Under the pieces are notes generated by a model, which saw only the letters and a program-made list of their open reading frames with translations, did not search any database and was not told the DNA's origin. The position numbers and the translations under genes were made by a program. Below are positions 9,469 to 19,365 of a stretch of 34,489 bases of DNA, in pieces; position 1 is the first letter of the stretch, and every line of letters begins with the position of its first letter. The DNA comes from Pseudomonadota bacterium (GTDB lineage Bacteria > Bdellovibrionota > FAC87 > UBA2466): assembly GCA_043718025.1 (NCBI GenBank), contig JAYSWN010000078.1:1-34489 (forward strand), written 5' to 3'.

Positions 9469-10182
9469 TTGAGTCGATTAGCCATTGTTACCGGGGGAAA
9501 CCGTGGGTTGGGGTTTGAAACCTGCCGCCAGCTGGCGATGCGAGATGTGCAAGTCATCCTCACCTGCCGATCCGCCGAAAAGGGCGAAGAGGCGACGCAG
9601 CGATTAAAAGAGGCTGGTCACGCCGCCACTTTCCACCCGTTAGATGTTAGCGATCCCACCAGCATTCAAATTTTATTTGAGTACGTCGAAAGTAAGTTCG
9701 GCTGGCTCAATATTCTGGTGAATAACGCAGGAATTTATTTAGATAAGCGCGAGGCAAGCGAAGACCATGAACTGATCGGCAGTTCCTACGAAACCGTGGC
9801 CACCACGTTTCAAACTAACACTCTGGGGGCTTACCATATGTCGCAACTGGCGCTGCCCCTCATGCGGCGCGCCGGCTACGGCCGCATCGTGAACGTATCT
9901 AGCGGCATGGGACAACTCTCTGAAATGGGAAAAGGGTCGGCGGCGTACCGTATTTCGAAAACCGCATTAAATGCGGTGACCAAAATTTTTGCGGAAGAGA
10001 GCCAAGGCACCAATGTGCTGGTGAACTCCGTATGCCCCGGCTGGGTGCGCACCGATATGGGAGGGCCCGGAGCCCAACGTACGGTTGAGCAAGGCGCCGA
10101 AACCATTGTCTGGGCGGCAACGCTTCCCGATGGCGGTGCAAACGGTGGATTTTATAGGGATAAAAAACAGATCGCTTGGTAG
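9469..10182 (+). CDS. SDR family oxidoreductase (carbonyl reductase-like)
   Basis: TGGNRGLG, NNAG, YRISK catalytic motif, CPGWVRTDMGG; TTG start 6 nt after AGGAGG. Confidence 0.92.
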   Translation: MSRLAIVTGGNRGLGFETCRQLAMRDVQVILTCRSAEKGEEATQRLKEAGHAATFHPLDVSDPTSIQILFEYVESKFGWLNILVNNAGIYLDKREASEDHELIGSSYETVATTFQTNTLGAYHMSQLALPLMRRAGYGRIVNVSSGMGQLSEMGKGSAAYRISKTALNAVTKIFAEESQGTNVLVNSVCPGWVRTDMGGPGAQRTVEQGAETIVWAATLPDGGANGGFYRDKKQIAW

Positions 10183-10221
10183 GCCATCTCGCCCGCCGGA
10201 GCCCACACGAGCCAAAAATAG

Positions 10222-10258
10222 AAAAGCCCCCGTGGACACTGTCCAACAAGGGCTCTCT
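10222..10258 (-). terminator. Probable intrinsic terminator between convergent SDR and arsM
   Basis: AGCCC...TGGACACTGTCCA...GGGCT hairpin, T-run on the minus strand. Confidence 0.5.
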
Positions 10259-10328
10259 ATTATTAATTAATCCTACCCTAGAATCGGGAAGTCAATTAAC
10301 GCATCGCGCTAGCGTTTAGCGTTACTTC

Positions 10329-11381
10329 TTAGCAACAGGCGCCGGCCGGTCCCGTAGATCCAACCACGTTCGACGCCGTTGGCCCGCAATCAAACAGACC
10401 TAAATGGTTTGTCTTTTCGCCCACCACTTTAAAATGCGCCTTTAGCCGAGTTTGACCAACCATGTCGGCAGTGTTTCCGCACACCAGCATCGGCGCACCA
10501 GTTTTAAAAATGTGGTGATCATCTAACTTAAACTCATGGGGATGATGGGCAATGCTGCCCTGGTAATAAGCCACCTGTCCGTAGTCTTCGCAGCGGTCTT
10601 CGAGCGGCAACTTAAACGCCCGAATGGTTTTAGAGGTAAACGTAACCATGCCGGCCTTACGAATAATCTCTTCATTCTGCAGCGTGACGACTCCCGATTC
10701 TACCGCCCGCACGTCGAAGAATCCGGTTTTCTCCATGACCCGCCTAAAGTCTTCTAGGTACAAAGCACCGCCCAGACACTCTCCTAGCAATAACGGATCG
10801 CTATTTTGAGCCGGAGTGAGTCGTCGACTGGCAAAAATGTCTGAAAAATAGAGCTCACCGCCCGGCCTCAGCACCCGAAAAATTTCTGAAAACACCCGCT
10901 CTTTTTGCGGCGAAAGGTTCAGCACGCAGTTAGAAACCACCACGTCGACTGAATGGTCCGCAATGTCCAAAGCCGCCAAGTCTTCCATGTACCCTTGCTT
11001 AAATTCAGTGTTGGTTTTGCCGTAACCAAACCGCTCGGCATGAAAGGCCGCGTGTTTTTTAGCGACATCGAGCTGTTCGCCAGTCATGTCCACGCCAATC
11101 ACGCGACCCCGGGCCCCGACCAGCTTAGAGAGAAGAAAAACATCTCGACCGGTACCGCAGCCCAAATCTAAGACGGTGGTGCCATCAAGCACATCGGGAA
11201 TGGGGGTGCCGCAGCCATAAAACCGCTCGCGCACTTCGGGATGCAAATCCTGAATAATTGCCGCCAGATGGGGGGCCACCGAATCAATCGGGCAGCAAGC
11301 GCTGGTCTGAAGATCCTTGGACGATTTCAATACTTTGCCGTAATACTCTTGAATCGACGAACGGGTGAATTCCACCTGCAT
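10329..11381 (-). CDS. arsM: Arsenite S-adenosylmethionine methyltransferase (ArsM/AS3MT family)
   Basis: YYG..L..S.DL.TSACC, FYGCG, LDLGCGTGRD, VSNCVLNL, GECLGGALY motifs and C-terminal CC; ATG at 11381. Confidence 0.85.
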   Translation of the reverse strand: MQVEFTRSSIQEYYGKVLKSSKDLQTSACCPIDSVAPHLAAIIQDLHPEVRERFYGCGTPIPDVLDGTTVLDLGCGTGRDVFLLSKLVGARGRVIGVDMTGEQLDVAKKHAAFHAERFGYGKTNTEFKQGYMEDLAALDIADHSVDVVVSNCVLNLSPQKERVFSEIFRVLRPGGELYFSDIFASRRLTPAQNSDPLLLGECLGGALYLEDFRRVMEKTGFFDVRAVESGVVTLQNEEIIRKAGMVTFTSKTIRAFKLPLEDRCEDYGQVAYYQGSIAHHPHEFKLDDHHIFKTGAPMLVCGNTADMVGQTRLKAHFKVVGEKTNHLGLFDCGPTASNVVGSTGPAGACC

Positions 11382-11470
11382 GGGCCATCCTTTTTTTCCT
11401 GATGAAAGCCTAAAATGGGATGAAGCGTTGTAATGGTATCTCGTCGCACGACGAAAAAGGAAAACAAAAT

Positions 11471-13015
11471 ATGAAACGCTTTTTAATTTCAGCACTCCTA
11501 TCCTTAGCCACCTCCTGGTCTAACTCCGCCCAAGCGGCGATTCCCTTAGGCGGTTTCACCTCCCGGCCCAAATTGATTGTGCTCATTGCCGTAGATCAGC
11601 TGCGCGGAGATTTTTTGACCCGCTTAGCCCCCCGTTTCTTAGGGGCAAAAGGGGCCCACGGCTTAGGCGGCTACCGCTACTTAATGAATAACGGGGCCTA
11701 TTTTCCCTCGGCGCAGTACACTCATTTGCAAAACATGACCGGCCCCGGCCACGCCACCATGCTTACCGGCGCATTGCCCTATCAGGCCGGCATTCCACTG
11801 AATTACTGGTTCGACACCACCCTGAAACGAAAGTTTTATTGTGCCGAAGACGTTACCCAAGCGCTCGTGCCCCCGGCCCTCGAAGGGGTAAAGTCGGGCA
11901 CCTCGCCCAAAAATCTTCTGGCCGATACGGTCGGCGATGTTCTTAAAACCACGGGCTACCCCACGCGCGTGGTTTCGTTGGCCCTTAAAGATCGCTCGGC
12001 GATTTTCATGGGCGGCCATCAGGCGGATCTGGCGCTGTGGTTTGAACCAAAATCTTTTCAATGGGTTTCAAGCCGATTCTATCTTCCCGAGGGTCAACTT
12101 CCCGAATGGATCAGCAAATTAAATAAGTCCATGGATCCCGCCAAGGCCAAGTTGGGAAAAAAAGCGCTCATCGGTGTTTACGGCAATGAGATCACCATGG
12201 AGGCCGCGCGGCAAGCCGTCATTCAATACAAAATGGGAAGTGGTAAAGCCACCGATCTAATGGCGGTCAGCCTTTCGGCGCACGATTACGTTGGCCACCT
12301 CGTGGGGCCCAATAGTCCTGAATTGGATTTGATGACGCTCGACGAAGATCGCCACCTCTCGCAGTTTTTTAATTTTTTGCAAAAGACAGTACCGGGCGGA
12401 ATGAAAAATGTGGTGGTAGTGCTAACTTCGGACCACGGCATTCCCCCTAAACCTGACGTGCTTAAAAACAAACGTTCCCCGTCGGGATACGTAAACGAAG
12501 AAAAAATAGCTCAGCGTCTCAATGACGTGTTGGTCGAAAAGTGGGGTAAGCCCGCCGACGGAAAGTGGATTGCCTACGCCGAAGAATTCAACTTTTACTT
12601 CAACACCAAAAGCCTCGAATCAGAAAATATCTCGGCCGAAAAAGCCCAAAATGAACTTAAAAGCTTACTGCAAAAAGAAGACTGGGTTGCCTTTGCTTTT
12701 ACCGCCGGTGACGTTATCAACCGTCGCCTCCCCCCCGGAAAGCTAGAGCGCCAGATTTTAGCTACCTACCGCGCTGATCGCAGTGGCCACGTAATCGCGA
12801 TTCCAAAGCCGTACTACATGCCCGATGAAGACACCGTCACACATTTGACGGGTTACTCCTACGACAGCACCGTGCCGCTTCTTTTTTCGGGTCCAAATAT
12901 CAAACCGGCAACACGTAGCGGCGGTGAAATCATTGACATTGCGCCGACACTTTCCTTTCTGCTGGGCGTCGTTCCCCCGGCCATGTCGGAAGGCAAAGTT
13001 TTAGATATCTTCTAA
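11471..13015 (+). CDS. Alkaline phosphatase family protein (PafA/PhoK-like, Thr nucleophile)
   Basis: Signal peptide; VDQLR, TGPGHA, KDRSAI, DYVGH..GP, TSDHG motifs. Confidence 0.9.
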   Translation: MKRFLISALLSLATSWSNSAQAAIPLGGFTSRPKLIVLIAVDQLRGDFLTRLAPRFLGAKGAHGLGGYRYLMNNGAYFPSAQYTHLQNMTGPGHATMLTGALPYQAGIPLNYWFDTTLKRKFYCAEDVTQALVPPALEGVKSGTSPKNLLADTVGDVLKTTGYPTRVVSLALKDRSAIFMGGHQADLALWFEPKSFQWVSSRFYLPEGQLPEWISKLNKSMDPAKAKLGKKALIGVYGNEITMEAARQAVIQYKMGSGKATDLMAVSLSAHDYVGHLVGPNSPELDLMTLDEDRHLSQFFNFLQKTVPGGMKNVVVVLTSDHGIPPKPDVLKNKRSPSGYVNEEKIAQRLNDVLVEKWGKPADGKWIAYAEEFNFYFNTKSLESENISAEKAQNELKSLLQKEDWVAFAFTAGDVINRRLPPGKLERQILATYRADRSGHVIAIPKPYYMPDEDTVTHLTGYSYDSTVPLLFSGPNIKPATRSGGEIIDIAPTLSFLLGVVPPAMSEGKVLDIF

Positions 13016-13105
13016 GGCACTTGGCGCGGGCAATGGGTATAATAAAAGGGTAAGTATTCCACGCCTTACCTCTTTGGCCTTACTCATTTAATTGCCAGCC
13101 CCGCA

Positions 13106-15436
13106 ATGAAAAAACAGCACCTCTTTCTCTATCTCGCGATCATTTGCCTGTTCACGGGATTTTATTGCGTGCACGAAATCGGAAGTTCGAGCCGTCTTAC
13201 CAATCCCTTTCTTTACCAAACCGTCTTTCCGCCGCTTCGCCGGCTTTCTTCGCTGCTGACCGACTTAAAGTTTAAGATTCGTGGCACCGTTCCACCAGCC
13301 TCTCCCGTGGTAATACTCGAGGTGGATAGTCGCTCGATTGAGGAGTACGGACGGTGGCCGTGGTCGCGAATTCTCTTATCCGAATTAATTCAAAAGACAT
13401 TTCATCAGGGCGCCCTGGTAATAGGGCTCGACATGGTGCTGTCGGAGCCTGAGAAAAATATTCCCGACGGCCTTTCTGACACATTAAAAAATAAAGGCCT
13501 CGGAAAGCTGGTCAACCAATTTCAAACCGACCCGAAGCTGGCGGCAACGATTGGGCGACGGCAGAACCAATTGGTACTGGGCTGGATGACCGAGAGCCAT
13601 TGCCAACCCCTTTTTTCCAGCGAAGAAGCTTGCCCCGTCAGTAACCAGGATGCGATTGAACTGCTGCCCCAAACTTTGCATAATTTTGAATACGGCAACA
13701 TCACCGGGTTAAGCAATTTCAACCGGACTAAAACCCCAATCAGCTCGGCGTTCTCGGTGATTTCAAACCTTGAGATGTTTGACGCGGTTTCTCTACACCA
13801 GGGGTTTCTCAACTCCTTTCGCGATCCCGACGGTATCATCCGCCGTACCGGTCTCGTTATGATGGTTGACGGGTTACCGCACCCCTCATTCGCCTTGAAG
13901 ATGGCTGAAGTGGCGAAGGGGATAGCCCCTCGACTAGTGATTAAAGACCAACGTTACGTTGATGGCATTTTTCTGGATGGAAAAAATGGGGCACTTCCGG
14001 TCTCCTCCTCGGGAATTGCCGACATCAATTTTCGAGGTCCCGAGAGAACCTTTTCCTACGTTTCAGCCAGAGACGTATTAGAAACCGACCCCAACAGTGA
14101 AGAGACTTCTCGGTCTCTGGCCGGAGAATCGCCACTGCAAAAATTAAAAGGGGCGGTCGTAGTCCTCGGAGTCACCGCTTTAGCCGTATCTGATTTCACC
14201 GCTACACCCTTCGACGGAGTGGTGGCCGGTTCAGAGGTTCAGGCCACGGTCATCGATAACTTATTATCGGGACAGCTTATCGTGGGCAGAACCGCATTCT
14301 CATTTTGGGCAACGTTTCTGCTCATGACCATAGGCGCGTTTCTTTTCGTCTGGATTAGCGAAAAGCTGGAAGCTATCCCCGTAATTGGTTGTGCCGGTGG
14401 CACTTTGGGGGCTACTTTTCTGATCGATGCCAAACTGCTCTTTCCCGCCAACTTCAATTGGAGTTCTGGCTTTCTCTACGCTGAAGTTTTAACTCTATCC
14501 GCTTTCATCATTGCTAAAAAGTACATGGCCGAAGAGGGCAAGCGTAAGTTCATTCGAACCGCATTCTCCAAATACGTTTCACCGGCGGTAGTCGATACGC
14601 TAATGAAAGATCCAACTTCACTCCATCTCGGCGGCCATAAGACCAACCTCACCATGCTATTTTCCGACATCCGAAACTTCACCACCTTTTCTGAAACGAT
14701 GGACGCCAACCGACTGGCCGAGTTTCTAAATGAATATTTCAATTTGATGACGTCAATTCTTTTTCAATTCAACGGCACCCTCGACAAATTCATCGGGGAT
14801 GCGGTGATGGCCTTTTTCGGTGCTCCGCATGGAGATCCCGAACACGCCCGTAAAGCGTGCGAAGCCGCCCGCACCATGCAGCGAGTTCTCACCGCCCATC
14901 GATCGTTGTTTAAGTCAAAATATGGAATCGAAGTAAAGATTGGCATCGGCCTAAATTCTGGCCCGGTCAGCGTCGGTAACATGGGCTCAAACCAAAATTT
15001 CAACTACACGGTTATTGGTGACGCCGTAAATCTGGCTTCGCGACTAGAAGGCGCCACCAAACAATACGGCGTCGGAATTCTCACCACTCACCTGACGCTA
15101 GCCGAGGTTCAAGCCGCGGGTGAAATGGCGCCACCCTTTCGCCTCGTCGATGTGATTCAGGTTAAGGGAAAAAGCGAAGCCGTACAGCTGTTGCAACTCT
15201 TAGAGGAAGAGGCAAGCCCCGACGGGTTGATGCTATTTGAGGAAGGGCGCGAGCTGTACCACGATCGAGCTTGGGATAAAGCCATCGAGAAATTCAGAAG
15301 CGCTTCGGTGATCCTAAGTCACGAACCACAAAAAATGGACGGCCCCAGCGCCGTGTTCATTGAACGCTGCGAACTTCTCAAAACCTCTCCGCCACCGCCC
15401 GACTGGGACGGAACCTGGAGCCTCGATAGTAAGTAG
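13106..15436 (+). CDS. CHASE2 domain class III adenylate cyclase
   Basis: GRWPWSR and DPDGIIRR (CHASE2), three TMs, FSDIRNFT, DKFIGDAVMA, YTVIGDAVNLASRLE (K/T specificity residues point to ATP). Confidence 0.93.
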   Translation: MKKQHLFLYLAIICLFTGFYCVHEIGSSSRLTNPFLYQTVFPPLRRLSSLLTDLKFKIRGTVPPASPVVILEVDSRSIEEYGRWPWSRILLSELIQKTFHQGALVIGLDMVLSEPEKNIPDGLSDTLKNKGLGKLVNQFQTDPKLAATIGRRQNQLVLGWMTESHCQPLFSSEEACPVSNQDAIELLPQTLHNFEYGNITGLSNFNRTKTPISSAFSVISNLEMFDAVSLHQGFLNSFRDPDGIIRRTGLVMMVDGLPHPSFALKMAEVAKGIAPRLVIKDQRYVDGIFLDGKNGALPVSSSGIADINFRGPERTFSYVSARDVLETDPNSEETSRSLAGESPLQKLKGAVVVLGVTALAVSDFTATPFDGVVAGSEVQATVIDNLLSGQLIVGRTAFSFWATFLLMTIGAFLFVWISEKLEAIPVIGCAGGTLGATFLIDAKLLFPANFNWSSGFLYAEVLTLSAFIIAKKYMAEEGKRKFIRTAFSKYVSPAVVDTLMKDPTSLHLGGHKTNLTMLFSDIRNFTTFSETMDANRLAEFLNEYFNLMTSILFQFNGTLDKFIGDAVMAFFGAPHGDPEHARKACEAARTMQRVLTAHRSLFKSKYGIEVKIGIGLNSGPVSVGNMGSNQNFNYTVIGDAVNLASRLEGATKQYGVGILTTHLTLAEVQAAGEMAPPFRLVDVIQVKGKSEAVQLLQLLEEEASPDGLMLFEEGRELYHDRAWDKAIEKFRSASVILSHEPQKMDGPSAVFIERCELLKTSPPPPDWDGTWSLDSK

Positions 15437-15446
15437 TTTTTGTCAC

Positions 15447-16334
15447 TTAGCGCGGAGAGCGCGCGGGAGATCGCTGGGGAATGTGCGAGAAGTAGTCGTA
15501 ACGTACGTATTTTTGGTAATCAGCCTCAGAAATAAACTCTTCGTAATACATGTCGCGCAAGATTCGTTCTAGCCGCTTTTTCTTCTGGCGTGAAATATTT
15601 CGGTTTTCAACGATGGCGTAATAATACCGCTTCGGTGACGGCAAAAGCACCGCTAGTAAGGCCCCTTCCGCGGCATTCATGTCGATCGGCCTCTTACGAA
15701 AGTATATTTCACTGGCCGCGGCCACGCCGTAAATGTCGGGACCAAATTCCGCGATATTCAAATAAACTTCTAAAATTTCGTTCTTGCTGAACTTACTTTC
15801 GAGAGAACGCGTAATAAGAAACTCTTTAATTTTTCGCTTATACGACTTGTCGCTCTCCAAAAACACGTTCTTCACTACCTGCTGACTAATGGTGCTGGCG
15901 CCCGAGGCATTTCGCCGTTCGCGCAAATTTTCGGCCAGTGAATCCACCATGGCGTCAAAGTTAAAGCCGCCGTGCTCGAAAAAAGTTGAGTCTTCGCTCA
16001 TCACGATGGCAAACAACAGATCGCGACTAATGTCCTTTAAAGCGACCCAATGGTGCCGGTATCGCTTGTTTACTACCTTAAGCTCCACTCGTTTCACGGC
16101 CTGAGTTTTAAGATCAGCCAGCTGCATTTTTTCGGTCTGCGGCAGAGAATGAAAAAAACTCATGGCCACAAAATAGGCCACCGCCAGCGATCCCATGACC
16201 GACAGCCCCAAAAAAAACACCAGCTTCTTAAACACGCGCCAAGGAGTCGTAAGTACCTTTTGTACTTTTTTCTTGGATTGTTTGAGCCAAACGCCGGTGT
16301 CTTCGCGAGTTTTATCTAACCGCTCACGCCACAT
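15447..16334 (-). CDS. Monofunctional peptidoglycan transglycosylase (GT51, MtgA-like)
   Basis: SEDSTFFEHGG, GASTISQQVVKN, RKIKE, KNEILEVYLN motifs; single N-terminal TM; no transpeptidase domain. Confidence 0.88.
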   Translation of the reverse strand: MWRERLDKTREDTGVWLKQSKKKVQKVLTTPWRVFKKLVFFLGLSVMGSLAVAYFVAMSFFHSLPQTEKMQLADLKTQAVKRVELKVVNKRYRHHWVALKDISRDLLFAIVMSEDSTFFEHGGFNFDAMVDSLAENLRERRNASGASTISQQVVKNVFLESDKSYKRKIKEFLITRSLESKFSKNEILEVYLNIAEFGPDIYGVAAASEIYFRKRPIDMNAAEGALLAVLLPSPKRYYYAIVENRNISRQKKKRLERILRDMYYEEFISEADYQKYVRYDYFSHIPQRSPARSPR

Positions 16335-16341
16335 GCTCTAC

Positions 16342-16369
16342 TTATCGCCCTAAAACCCGCAAAACTTTA
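16342..16369 (-). promoter_or_regulatory. Sigma28 (FliA)-type promoter
   Basis: TAAAGTTT-N12-GGCGATAA versus consensus TAAAGTTT-N11-GCCGATAA; 7 nt upstream of the ATG. Confidence 0.65.
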
Positions 16370-16516
16370 TGCACCGGGCCACACAATAGCTGAGTGGTAG
16401 CTCCACGGTGGCCAACCCCGCGAAACGTCGGCCTAATTGCAATTGTGCTGAAATCTCAAAAATTCTGCCCTCGGTCTGTGTCGTTTTGGGCAGAGAGTTA
16501 AAGTCAGAGGTGGCAA

Positions 16517-16795
16517 ATGCGATGGATGTTTATTGTCCCGTTGATGCTTGTCTACAACTTAGCGTACGCAGGCAATGAGAGCCCGCCCGAATTGAGCTAC
16601 GTGCCCATGGGGCTCGAGATCTCAGAAGGCCCCCCCGTGGTGGGGGAACTCGTTCCCCTGGGTGGCATCGCCCAAATGATCTCTAGCGCCGCCAGCGAAA
16701 AGAGCTGGTTGCCTGACTTCAGCTTCGTGCGAGCGGCCGATCTGAAATGGGAAAACTGGTTCGCTCCGACACGCAATGACTCTGACGAATGGTAA
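16517..16795 (+). CDS. Small hypothetical secreted protein
   Basis: GAGGTGG RBS, signal peptide ending AYA-G, followed by a terminator. Confidence 0.6.
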   Translation: MRWMFIVPLMLVYNLAYAGNESPPELSYVPMGLEISEGPPVVGELVPLGGIAQMISSAASEKSWLPDFSFVRAADLKWENWFAPTRNDSDEW

Positions 16796-16796
16796 T

Positions 16797-16836
16797 AAAA
16801 ACGTCCCTCCACAAAATCCGGAGGGGCGTTTTTTTA
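16797..16836. terminator. Bidirectional intrinsic terminator
   Basis: AAAAACGTCCCTCC...GGAGGGGCGTTTTTTT between convergent genes. Confidence 0.8.
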
Positions 16837-16849
16837 GAAGCGTAATATT

Positions 16850-17590
16850 TTAAAACTTTGCTACGAGAGACGTCGTAAACGTAGTGTCGGTGGTTTGCGC
16901 AGGCGCCGATGGGTTGTTGTTGTAACGAAGTAAATAGCCGGTCTTAAGCGACAAAACTTCGCTCAACAGCACGCTGATGGAAAGTTCAGTGTTGATCAGC
17001 GCATCCTTCCCATTTTCAACGCTTTGAATGTATTCAACCCAAAGCTTCCCCGAAACGCTCTTAGTAAAAAGGTATGTTGCCTCAGTATAAACACGAGCAT
17101 TGCTTCGATTGTTACTAGCGCCGGCAACCAATTTTTCAGCAATATGCCGGTAACCAGCTTCAACGAACCAGGTGGTGGATTCGTCTTTCACAATGTTGTA
17201 TTTCACGCCAAGGTCAGTGTTGAAACGGTTATCGTAACCCGCAAACACATCACTCTGATAAGTTTCGGCGGCGAAGAGACTAAAACTATCGGAAAGTGCT
17301 CGTTCATAGCGAAGGCCTAAGTTAAAAAACCTGGCGTTCTCAGCCCCATTGTTAGTGCTTCCTAAAAAACGCCCATCAAACTTCACCGAATTTGCATCCC
17401 ACACGTATGCATTTAGCTGTTTAAAGTTAAAGGCTCGAATCGATGAGTTGCCGGTCGACAAAACCACGCCGGCTTCAGACTCGTTCGAAAATTTTCCGTC
17501 GCCCGAAGGCGTTTCCGCCGCGATGAGAACCGAGGCAACCAAATTGAGCGACGCAACTGTAAAAAAAATAATTTTTCGATGGGCAAACAC
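16850..17590 (-). CDS. DUF481 (YdiY-like) outer membrane beta-barrel
   Basis: Signal peptide, STGNS motif, D.FAGY..R, alternating beta strands, C-terminal Phe. Confidence 0.82.
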   Translation of the reverse strand: MFAHRKIIFFTVASLNLVASVLIAAETPSGDGKFSNESEAGVVLSTGNSSIRAFNFKQLNAYVWDANSVKFDGRFLGSTNNGAENARFFNLGLRYERALSDSFSLFAAETYQSDVFAGYDNRFNTDLGVKYNIVKDESTTWFVEAGYRHIAEKLVAGASNNRSNARVYTEATYLFTKSVSGKLWVEYIQSVENGKDALINTELSISVLLSEVLSLKTGYLLRYNNNPSAPAQTTDTTFTTSLVAKF

Positions 17591-17663
17591 GATTCACTAC
17601 TCCCGTTAAATTTCAAACTCGGAGTAATGTTCCACTGAATACAGTCGCGGTCAATTCTAACGC

Positions 17664-19334
17664 TTAGAGATCAGAACCGCTGACGTACTCCCAACGCAGG
17701 CTTGCCTGCTTTTGGTGGCAAGCTAGAGCAAAACGGGCCGTATTGAGAGCGGCGTCAGTTTCGGTTTCAAGCAAATAATCGGCTTGGTCTTTCACGCACT
17801 CCCGCAGCGCCGAGAAGTCTCGGGCGGCTACCTTGCGAGCCCCAATCACCTGAGTAGGATTCAGATATAAATCTGCCAAACGCACCGAGCTGTGCGCCTC
17901 GGGCACCGCTAAGTCTGGCTCGTTGCCACTAAGTTGATTACTTCGGCCCGAAGGAAGAAAAAAGGCGGCCCTGGTTTCAATGAAGTTAATCACCGTACTG
18001 GCTTTCCATCCGTAAGTGTATTGAACGGTCCCTTTTCCAAAGGTGCGTTGCCCCACTACCAGCGAGCGTGCATGGTCTTGCAAAGCCCCGGCTAAAAGCT
18101 CGGAAGCGCTAGCAGACGCGGCATCAACCAAAGTGACCATCGGTAGAGAGGTGGCGGCGGTAACGCTGGTATCGCCGTAAAACTCCGGCCCCGCCATACC
18201 GCTCAAGGGAATTACCGAATAGATGCGTTGGCGAACCGGAAAAAAGAGATTGGCGATACAAAGAGCGTCATTGAGTCGGCCGCCGGGGTTACCGCGCAGG
18301 TCCAATACAATTCCGGTCACCTTTCGGTGTTCAAATTCCCTTACTGCCTCACCCGCATGGTCACAATTGGCCGTTCCAGAAAAGTCAGAAATCTTCAGGT
18401 AACCAATCTGGCTTTTCCCGCGGCCGATAACTTCATAAACTACTTTAGGTCTAATTATTTTCTCGGGGGTTAACGTAATTTCGTGGACCGCCCCGTTACG
18501 AGAAAATTTTACGCTAATTTTTTTAGAACCACTGACGGTTAGCTTTTGCCCAATCGCTTCAAGCGATAGGCCGCGAACCGGTACGGAATCGACTTCCAGA
18601 AAAACGTCCATCACTTGCAAGCCAACCCGCTCCGCGGGACTGCCACCGGTAACTTTTCGTACAAAGGTTTGATCAGCTAATCTAGCCAACACCACGCCAA
18701 CCCCAAAATACTCGTCTTCACTTTTAGCGTCTTCCTCATCGCCAAAGGCTTTTGGTACGATTCTCGTGTGGGGATCACGGGAAATGCCTAAAAAGGTGTT
18801 GTACGCTCCGGCGCTGGTTTCGGCCTCTTGCTCGGTAGGCATTTTTTTTGCGAGCCAGCGCCACAGTTTTTTGAAATCGTACTGCGAACCATTCTGCTCA
18901 TAGAGTTTTTTCCAGTAGTCGCGCACGCGCTCTTGCTCTCGCTTCATCGCCGCTAAATCACGCAATGGCGCTCTGCCCGCGTCGCGAGCGGTAAGTGAAA
19001 AACCGCCAATGTTAAGAACCTTCTTAGCAACTGCAGTTTGGATTGGCCGCGCCGCGAGATCGCGTTTTAACTGCAGCTTGTTCATCACGTAACGGGCCGC
19101 CTCAACGCACGCCCAAAAATTGATGGCGCTTTGATGGCAAACCGGCGGAGACATCTCCTGGTTCACGGCCGTCCATGACAGAGCGGTCTCTTTCCAATAC
19201 TGCGCCAGCGGCTTCATCGGACTAGCAAAAACTACTGAGCAAAAAAGTAAAAGTAGAATGGCCTGCTTGAGCAGACCGTAAAACGTGCGTTCCCTTAGCG
19301 ACAAACAGCGCCTCCCCAAAATGGATCTATCCAC
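17664..19334 (-). CDS. S41 family C-terminal processing peptidase with PDZ domain
   Basis: DPHT, YFGVG, PDZ GSPAERVGL, LDLRGNPGG, SASASE (Ser) and TFGKG (Lys); exact start uncertain. Confidence 0.9.
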   Translation of the reverse strand: MDRSILGRRCLSLRERTFYGLLKQAILLLLFCSVVFASPMKPLAQYWKETALSWTAVNQEMSPPVCHQSAINFWACVEAARYVMNKLQLKRDLAARPIQTAVAKKVLNIGGFSLTARDAGRAPLRDLAAMKREQERVRDYWKKLYEQNGSQYDFKKLWRWLAKKMPTEQEAETSAGAYNTFLGISRDPHTRIVPKAFGDEEDAKSEDEYFGVGVVLARLADQTFVRKVTGGSPAERVGLQVMDVFLEVDSVPVRGLSLEAIGQKLTVSGSKKISVKFSRNGAVHEITLTPEKIIRPKVVYEVIGRGKSQIGYLKISDFSGTANCDHAGEAVREFEHRKVTGIVLDLRGNPGGRLNDALCIANLFFPVRQRIYSVIPLSGMAGPEFYGDTSVTAATSLPMVTLVDAASASASELLAGALQDHARSLVVGQRTFGKGTVQYTYGWKASTVINFIETRAAFFLPSGRSNQLSGNEPDLAVPEAHSSVRLADLYLNPTQVIGARKVAARDFSALRECVKDQADYLLETETDAALNTARFALACHQKQASLRWEYVSGSDL

Positions 19335-19365
19335 TCGGGGTAACGCAGATGGTCAACGGGATCAA

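Noticed and set aside
11382..11495. Apparent head-to-head overlap of the arsM and phosphatase ORFs
   Set aside because: Artefact of longest-ORF starts; ATG 11381 and ATG 11471 fit the homology and the signal peptide.
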